Shown here: positions 7,605 to 12,773 of the stretch, piece by piece
Numbering within the stretch: the first letter of the stretch is position 1
Layout: the number at the start of each line of letters is the position of its first letter
Program-made: the position numbers and the translations under genes
From: Candidatus Thorarchaeota archaeon
Lineage (GTDB): Archaea; Asgardarchaeota; Thorarchaeia; Thorarchaeales; Thorarchaeaceae
Length of the DNA: 12,773 nucleotides
Assembly (NCBI GenBank): GCA_016839605.1
Contig: JAEOTX010000162.1
Location: 1 to 12,773 of the forward strand
Direction of reading: 5' to 3'
Notes under the pieces: generated by a model
Databases searched by the model: none
What the model saw: the letters and a program-made list of their open reading frames with translations, nothing else
What the model was told of the DNA's origin: nothing

Positions 7605-7674
7605 GTACTATTAATTGCTATTCAAGTATATTTAAGCGTTTGATGTAGGAACTTTACACTGTATATAAATTGCT
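7605..7674 (-). promoter_or_regulatory. Archaeal promoter region (TATA boxes) for the membrane protein/ATPase operon
   Basis: AT-rich 121-bp intergenic region. On the - strand: TTTATATA (7669-7662), TTAAATA (7635-7629, preceded by CAAACGC) and ATTAATA, all oriented toward ATG 7570. Confidence 0.6.
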
Positions 7675-7691
7675 GGTGAATTTCTCCGCTT

Positions 7692-10616
7692 TTAGATATC
7701 AAGAAGCAATGTCAAGAGACCCCGCTGCTTGATCTTAGTGTGGATGATACAATCATTTTCCACTCTCACGTCAACTCCTTCTATTGGTGTTTCATCCGCG
7801 CGTGCTGGAGTCGCATTTTTGATATCAAAACCAAGGTGGACTGTACACTCCTGTTCTGTATCAGACGAGTTCCATAGTCTGAGAGCTAACTGATCTCCAT
7901 CTTCACACTGCTTGAATGCTGACATCTCAATGCACTCTGGTTCAACGTTCATGTATACAGCACTATGAACCCCTTTTGCTCCTTCTCTCCCAGGAACGAG
8001 TATAGTGGTCATGGGAAGAAGGTATGCTTCGGATTCGGCTAGGATGTCCTCGGACCACTCTCCTCCATGCGGAGTGATTGCGTACTCGAATATCTGAATG
8101 CCAGGACACTGTCCTCCGGGGGTTTCCAAGATTGGGCCTGCAGCATCTTTTCGCGTCCTAAGTTTCAGTTTTGAGAGCCACCCAACTGATCTCAAGGTGG
8201 TAAGTGCAATTGTGCCTCCTTGCTCCTCCAGAATTTCAAACTCAAGCAAGCCTCTTGTTGTTACAGTGAGCCCTCGGGTGTCAGAATTCAAAGAGACAAA
8301 TCTTCGCAATGGATAAGTGGGTGCAACGGGCTGTTTCCAGTTCGAATCATCATCCAGTGGCCGGATGGGTCTCTCTATGAGGTCAAAAGCACTGTCAGCA
8401 AGCACTGTCTTCGGATTGGTGCCACTGGGAAAGAGAACCCGCAGTCTATGATCTTCAGCCTGGTTGATGAACTCGGTGGCTACATGCAATGTTGGACTGT
8501 TGGCATGCATTGTGACTTCTGTAACAAAGTCACAAAGGACTGTTTCTTCAACACATCCCTCGTTTCCTTGCATTGCACCTAACGGTATTTCAAGTACTCC
8601 TGTTATTAGCAATGAACCAACTAATGGGCCAGTGTGAACGACCTCCACATCGACCTCAATGTCGCCAGAACGAATAGACGAGTCTGTTTTTGTTGGGCTG
8701 TAATCATACTCATCGCCTATATCTCCAGAGTCTTCCCATTCTAGGAGTCCATTGTACTCTTCGCCATTCCTCTTGTCAGTCAGACGGATAGTGCCATTAG
8801 ACGAGGCGGTCACCTTGATGAAATTGTTTTCCAGTACATTGTCAGTGCCGCTCACCGCTCCTTCGACATCTGCACCCGCCTCTTTAGTGGTGCTAGTCAA
8901 ATCCAATCTAAGCGTACCTAAGCCATTTAGTTCTCTAATCTGCAAGGCTAGGGTCAAGAACTCCTCTCTGTCTGCAATGAGTCTAGCATCAGCATCCTTT
9001 CTAGTTTCACGACTAAGGAGTTGAACTGGAATTGCGTCTCCCCGTTCATTATGGAGAGATGGGATTCCCATCATTTCATTCTCAGCATATGCCTTCCTGG
9101 CCCAGACCTCAACTATCCTATTTGCAGAATTCACTCTGATTAGATATGCTGTAGAAACATTTGTCAGAACCTCAATGAATTGTGGGAACATAAGGGCAAT
9201 CGCACTGAAATCAAACTCAAACTCGGTGATTAGTTCTTTCTCAATCTCAATCTCTCTCGTTTGAGAGGGCGATGGATCAAATCCCCATCTCTTAACGAAA
9301 TCGAGGTGCACCTCGTTCTTTGCCGCCTCAAGGGGAGTTTCAGGTTCTAGCTCCTCATTGGCAAGCTGGATGTCTGCTAGTCGAGTGTATCGAAAGTCTG
9401 ATGCTGGTATTTCCATGACAACTATATCATTCCGCACTCTCGGTGAGGGATTGACAACTACTATTCCTGTAGACTCTGTTTCATGCACTTTTACAATGGC
9501 TTCGTATGCGTCTTCCAAAACAGATTGAGCAATCTCGTCCACCCATCTGAATCTCTGAACCATGTCGTCATGGACCTCATCTATACTGCATCCACATATG
9601 TCATCATGGGGGTGGTTCCGCAGAAGATACTTCCATGCCATTGTAATCTGGTCTCTAGGATACGCTGATCCGAGCGCATATGCAACTGAACACCACGGTT
9701 CCACCGTTCTCTCAAGTAGCCTCTGAACATACTCGTTCATTTGCTTGAGGTATATCCTAGTGGAATACACTCCTGAAAGCAGGTTCTCATATTTGGACCT
9801 TCTAAACTCGCCCCGAAATCGCTTGAGGCTATCTTGCTTCTTCTTTATCCTATCAATGAACTTGGGAAGCGTGCCAAAGATAATCTTGTCTTTGTATTTC
9901 GCATTGTAAGTCCGTATTACTTCAGGAACTTGAGGCTGCGGCAGCACATGGTCTGAACCATTCATCAAGAGAACAGTGCCTATCCGTGACCAGGGTTTGA
10001 GCTTCTGAACTACTTCGTCAAGTGTGTCCAGTGCGTCATCAATATCTTCTGGCAGCCTGGCTGCATTGCCGTATGAATATGGCAACCAGTGAGTCAGGAC
10101 CTCGCTCCCATCTGAGGCCTCCCATATGAATTCCGCACCGAGATCGTCAATCTCATTGCCTGTCCCCCGGGCAAAGATTGCCGAGTTGTAATTGAACTGT
10201 GAGAGTATCATCGGAATTTGACTGACATGTCCAAATGGATCTGGTATGTATCCTACATCTATGACTCCACCATACTCCCTACCAATTCTACGTCCCATCA
10301 GGAGGTTGCGAATCAGAGCCTCTCCAGACACAAGGAACACATCTGGCAGAACGTACCATGGTCCAATATCAATACGTCCAGCTTCCACATGCTCTGTAAA
10401 TCTCTCGCGCTGATGTGGCACCATCTCGAGATAGTCTTCTATCACAACAGTCTGACCATCAAATGTGAATGTCTTGAACTCCGGGTCTTCATCTAAGATG
10501 TCCAGAAGTTTGTCAACGAGATTCACAAGTCTGAGCCTGAATTGCTGAAATGTTCTGTACCAAGCCCTATCCCAATGGGTCTCACTGATTAGAAAGGCCT
10601 CAACATGGTCCTGCAT
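7692..10616 (-). CDS. Glycoside hydrolase family 38 (alpha-mannosidase, MngB-like)
   Basis: Zn ligands in THWD, GPWYVLPD, nucleophile in GYIPDPFGH, NGSDH, NHPHDDICGCS. C-terminal domains include DSGDIGDEYDYSP, DHRLRVLFP, TLRSVGWLS and SAFKQCED. SD GGTGA lies upstream of the ATG. Confidence 0.93.
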   Translation of the reverse strand: MQDHVEAFLISETHWDRAWYRTFQQFRLRLVNLVDKLLDILDEDPEFKTFTFDGQTVVIEDYLEMVPHQRERFTEHVEAGRIDIGPWYVLPDVFLVSGEALIRNLLMGRRIGREYGGVIDVGYIPDPFGHVSQIPMILSQFNYNSAIFARGTGNEIDDLGAEFIWEASDGSEVLTHWLPYSYGNAARLPEDIDDALDTLDEVVQKLKPWSRIGTVLLMNGSDHVLPQPQVPEVIRTYNAKYKDKIIFGTLPKFIDRIKKKQDSLKRFRGEFRRSKYENLLSGVYSTRIYLKQMNEYVQRLLERTVEPWCSVAYALGSAYPRDQITMAWKYLLRNHPHDDICGCSIDEVHDDMVQRFRWVDEIAQSVLEDAYEAIVKVHETESTGIVVVNPSPRVRNDIVVMEIPASDFRYTRLADIQLANEELEPETPLEAAKNEVHLDFVKRWGFDPSPSQTREIEIEKELITEFEFDFSAIALMFPQFIEVLTNVSTAYLIRVNSANRIVEVWARKAYAENEMMGIPSLHNERGDAIPVQLLSRETRKDADARLIADREEFLTLALQIRELNGLGTLRLDLTSTTKEAGADVEGAVSGTDNVLENNFIKVTASSNGTIRLTDKRNGEEYNGLLEWEDSGDIGDEYDYSPTKTDSSIRSGDIEVDVEVVHTGPLVGSLLITGVLEIPLGAMQGNEGCVEETVLCDFVTEVTMHANSPTLHVATEFINQAEDHRLRVLFPSGTNPKTVLADSAFDLIERPIRPLDDDSNWKQPVAPTYPLRRFVSLNSDTRGLTVTTRGLLEFEILEEQGGTIALTTLRSVGWLSKLKLRTRKDAAGPILETPGGQCPGIQIFEYAITPHGGEWSEDILAESEAYLLPMTTILVPGREGAKGVHSAVYMNVEPECIEMSAFKQCEDGDQLALRLWNSSDTEQECTVHLGFDIKNATPARADETPIEGVDVRVENDCIIHTKIKQRGLLTLLLDI

Positions 10617-10644
10617 GATAAATCACCGTCAGTGAACTACCTCG

Positions 10645-10669
10645 ATTCATATTCTGCCCCAATATGAAT
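10645..10669. repeat. Perfect 9-bp inverted repeat ATTCATATT-N7-AATATGAAT (operator or RNA hairpin)
   Basis: Read directly from the galK-GH38 intergenic region. Outer arms also pair (CTAC/GTAG and AGTGAA/TTCACT). Confidence 0.7.
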
Positions 10670-10688
10670 GACTCGTAGGGGCGCTTCA

Positions 10689-11846
10689 CTAGCTTAGTCT
10701 ATCTACCAAGACCCCGCCAGGGATGTCAGACACATACACATCTGGTGTTGCACCTGTCTGAGCTTCGTAGGCCTCTGAGATTTCCTTTCTGAATCCTGCC
10801 ACATACTCATCGGCAACCATACTCAGAGTTGCTCCTCCTAGTCCTGCTCCAGTCATTCTACTTCCATACACGCCTTTGTGACTCCGAGCAATGTCAACCA
10901 ACAGGTCAAGCCTGGGGTGTGATACCTCATAGAGTTCTTTCGAGCTCTTATGCGACTCATAAAGGAGGACTCCAAAGCGACGTAAGTCTTCCTCCTCCAG
11001 AGCATTGATTCCCTCCCGAACACGGACATTTTCCAATACAACATGTCGAACCCGTCGAGCTAGTCTTTCATCTAGGATGTCATCTACATCCTCCAGCTGC
11101 TCTGGTCCAATCTCACTCAGATTCCGCAGATCCATACCACTCTCGTTGAGCTGAGTCAGTGCAGACAAGCATTCCGCCCGTCGCTCATTCAGCACATCTC
11201 CAGCTAGTCTAGAAACCTTCGAGTCGGTGATGACCATCTTGAGTTTGGGAGTCATCTGTATGCTCTTGGTCTGAAGATTGAAACATTTGATTGCTAACAC
11301 TGAATTGGGGTCTCCAAGTTGCGAGGTGAATTGGTCCATCACACCACACGAAACTCTACAAAAGAGACGCTCAGCCTCAAAAGCAATCATAGCTGCGGCC
11401 TTAGGATTCAAGGTAAGTCCACTTGCAGCAGAAATCAGGTTCACCATGGCGACCTCCAAAGCCGCTGAGGAGCTTAGGCCAGCTCCTATTGGGATATCTC
11501 CATGGATTACTCCTGTCAGGCCCGTTACTGCATGCTTTCTTCTCTCAAAGGCCCAATAGACGCCTTTCACATAACTGTCCCACTGAAGCACATCAGTCGA
11601 TTGTAAGCCCCTTGGCAGAAATGTGGAGCTCTCTTCAAAGTCCAGCGAAAAGATGTCAACCTCGTCAGAAGCAGCTCCTGCAGCCCAGACAAATCGATCG
11701 ATTGTAGCTGCCATTACCAGTCCGCTATTGTAGTCAGTGTGATTTCCCAGCACCTCTACTCTCCCCGGCGCTCTCGCAGCCCAGACAGCACGGTCCATTT
11801 TCTTGAGGCTCTGCACTCTATCATGCATCTTCGCTGGAAAATCCAT
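10689..11846 (-). CDS. galK: Galactokinase-family GHMP sugar kinase (variant sugar-binding motif)
   Basis: APGRVEVLGNHTDYN, IPIGAGLSSSAALE, CGVMDQF, RRVRHVVLENVRV, YEVSHPRLD and GSRMTGAGLGG. Its ATG directly follows the galT TAG. Confidence 0.85.
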   Translation of the reverse strand: MDFPAKMHDRVQSLKKMDRAVWAARAPGRVEVLGNHTDYNSGLVMAATIDRFVWAAGAASDEVDIFSLDFEESSTFLPRGLQSTDVLQWDSYVKGVYWAFERRKHAVTGLTGVIHGDIPIGAGLSSSAALEVAMVNLISAASGLTLNPKAAAMIAFEAERLFCRVSCGVMDQFTSQLGDPNSVLAIKCFNLQTKSIQMTPKLKMVITDSKVSRLAGDVLNERRAECLSALTQLNESGMDLRNLSEIGPEQLEDVDDILDERLARRVRHVVLENVRVREGINALEEEDLRRFGVLLYESHKSSKELYEVSHPRLDLLVDIARSHKGVYGSRMTGAGLGGATLSMVADEYVAGFRKEISEAYEAQTGATPDVYVSDIPGGVLVDRLS

Positions 11847-12773
11847 CTAAAGAGCCTCTCTCAGTTCCTCTGCAATATCTTCTGGAATCGAGTCATTGGT
11901 GTAGAGGCCTGCCCCCAGCTCAATGCCTGCCAGGTACTTCAATCTTGTACGGTCCCGCCACGGCGGATAGAACTCCACATGGAAGTGCCAATAGGGGTGG
12001 TTTCCAGTTGCAGGGCGGGGATGAAAGACCATCACATATGCTAGGTCTTCGAACACCTTAGAATATCGTCGAACAACGTCTTGGATTACCCGGCCAAGCT
12101 CAAGCAGATTATCCTCTAGGTCCACCAAACTTGACACATGCTTTCTTGGATAGATATGAACCTCATATGGGAGCCTCGCTGAGAATGGGACCAGTGAAAC
12201 GAAGTTGTCTGTTTCATTAATCACCCGTGATTCTAAGGACTTCAGTTCGTTCTCCAGCATCTTGCATACGAGACAAGTGTCTTCATTGTCCCAGAACTTC
12301 TTGGATTGGTCCAACTCTCTGGCGACTCTTGGAGGAACAAAGGGCAACGCATAGACCTGAGCATGAGGATGATCCAGGCTTACCCCAATCGCTCTCCCTC
12401 GGTTCTCAAACTGCATCACATACGAGATTCCGCTCTTCTTGTCGAGGTCTCTAAAGACCTCTAAGTATTCCTTGAAGACTCGTTCAAGCTGCTCATCATT
12501 CATCCTTTCAATCTGCTCGCTGTGATCAGGAGAGAGGAGGATTATTTTGCAATATCCATACGCTGGAGCATCCATTACAACATTCTCATCTAGAGGGATT
12601 GGCCCTGAGTCTGGACTAAGAGCAGGGAATCGATTATCCAGTGTAAGTACGCGCCATTTTCCTTGCGTTTCAGGACCGTCAGGGCAGAAGGGGCACGCAT
12701 AGTCTTCTTCCTGAAATGGCCTACTCGCCCTCTTGGGTGTTACAATTACCCACTCGCCAAGAAAGGAGTTCCA
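11847..12773 (-). CDS. galT: Galactose-1-phosphate uridylyltransferase (5'-truncated by a few codons)
   Basis: The frame is open to the window edge: WNSFLGEWVIVTPKRASRP...CPFCP...DNRFPAL. Catalytic FENRGRAIGVSLDHPHAQ, plus PYEVHIYPRKH, WHFHVEFYPP and KYLAGIELG. Confidence 0.92.
   Translation of the reverse strand, partial: WNSFLGEWVIVTPKRASRPFQEEDYACPFCPDGPETQGKWRVLTLDNRFPALSPDSGPIPLDENVVMDAPAYGYCKIILLSPDHSEQIERMNDEQLERVFKEYLEVFRDLDKKSGISYVMQFENRGRAIGVSLDHPHAQVYALPFVPPRVARELDQSKKFWDNEDTCLVCKMLENELKSLESRVINETDNFVSLVPFSARLPYEVHIYPRKHVSSLVDLEDNLLELGRVIQDVVRRYSKVFEDLAYVMVFHPRPATGNHPYWHFHVEFYPPWRDRTRLKYLAGIELGAGLYTNDSIPEDIAEELREAL

Noticed and set aside
9066-9404. GH38 insertion as an intein
   Set aside because: No C-terminal His-Asn followed by Cys/Ser/Thr at the insert boundary and no recognisable Hint or LAGLIDADG motifs.
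314-12454. Many 60-133 aa alternative-frame and antisense ORFs in the track (e.g. 3721..4107 -, 5201..5602 +, 8220..8582 +, 6999..7340 -)
   Set aside because: All lie within or almost within longer, better-supported genes and show no recognisable motifs, so they are shadow ORFs.
1-12773. tRNA, rRNA, CRISPR array or IS element
   Set aside because: Intergenic gaps are 121 bp or less, and I saw no cloverleaf, spaced direct repeats, transposase or terminal inverted repeats by eye.

Overview
Gene-dense, probably archaeal window (GGTG/GAGG-type Shine-Dalgarno sites, TTTATATA/TTAAATA boxes). A Vps62-like gene hints at an Asgard, possibly Thorarchaeia-like, origin, but this is inference only. The + strand carries a 5'-truncated, apparently degenerate six-hairpin glycosidase-like protein, nadB, an ICMT/PEMT-family membrane methyltransferase and a type-2 malate/L-lactate dehydrogenase-family enzyme. 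The - strand carries galT (5'-truncated), a galK-like kinase with an altered sugar-binding motif and a GH38 alpha-mannosidase with a large insertion. After an AT-rich promoter region come three more - strand genes: an unknown multi-pass membrane protein, translationally coupled to a very divergent MinD/ParA-type ATPase, then a soluble Vps62-like protein. This three-gene module is the best candidate for an undescribed system. The galT/galK-variant/GH38 block is a second candidate (a Leloir-like salvage route, possibly for a non-galactose sugar). I saw no rRNA, tRNA, CRISPR array or mobile element.
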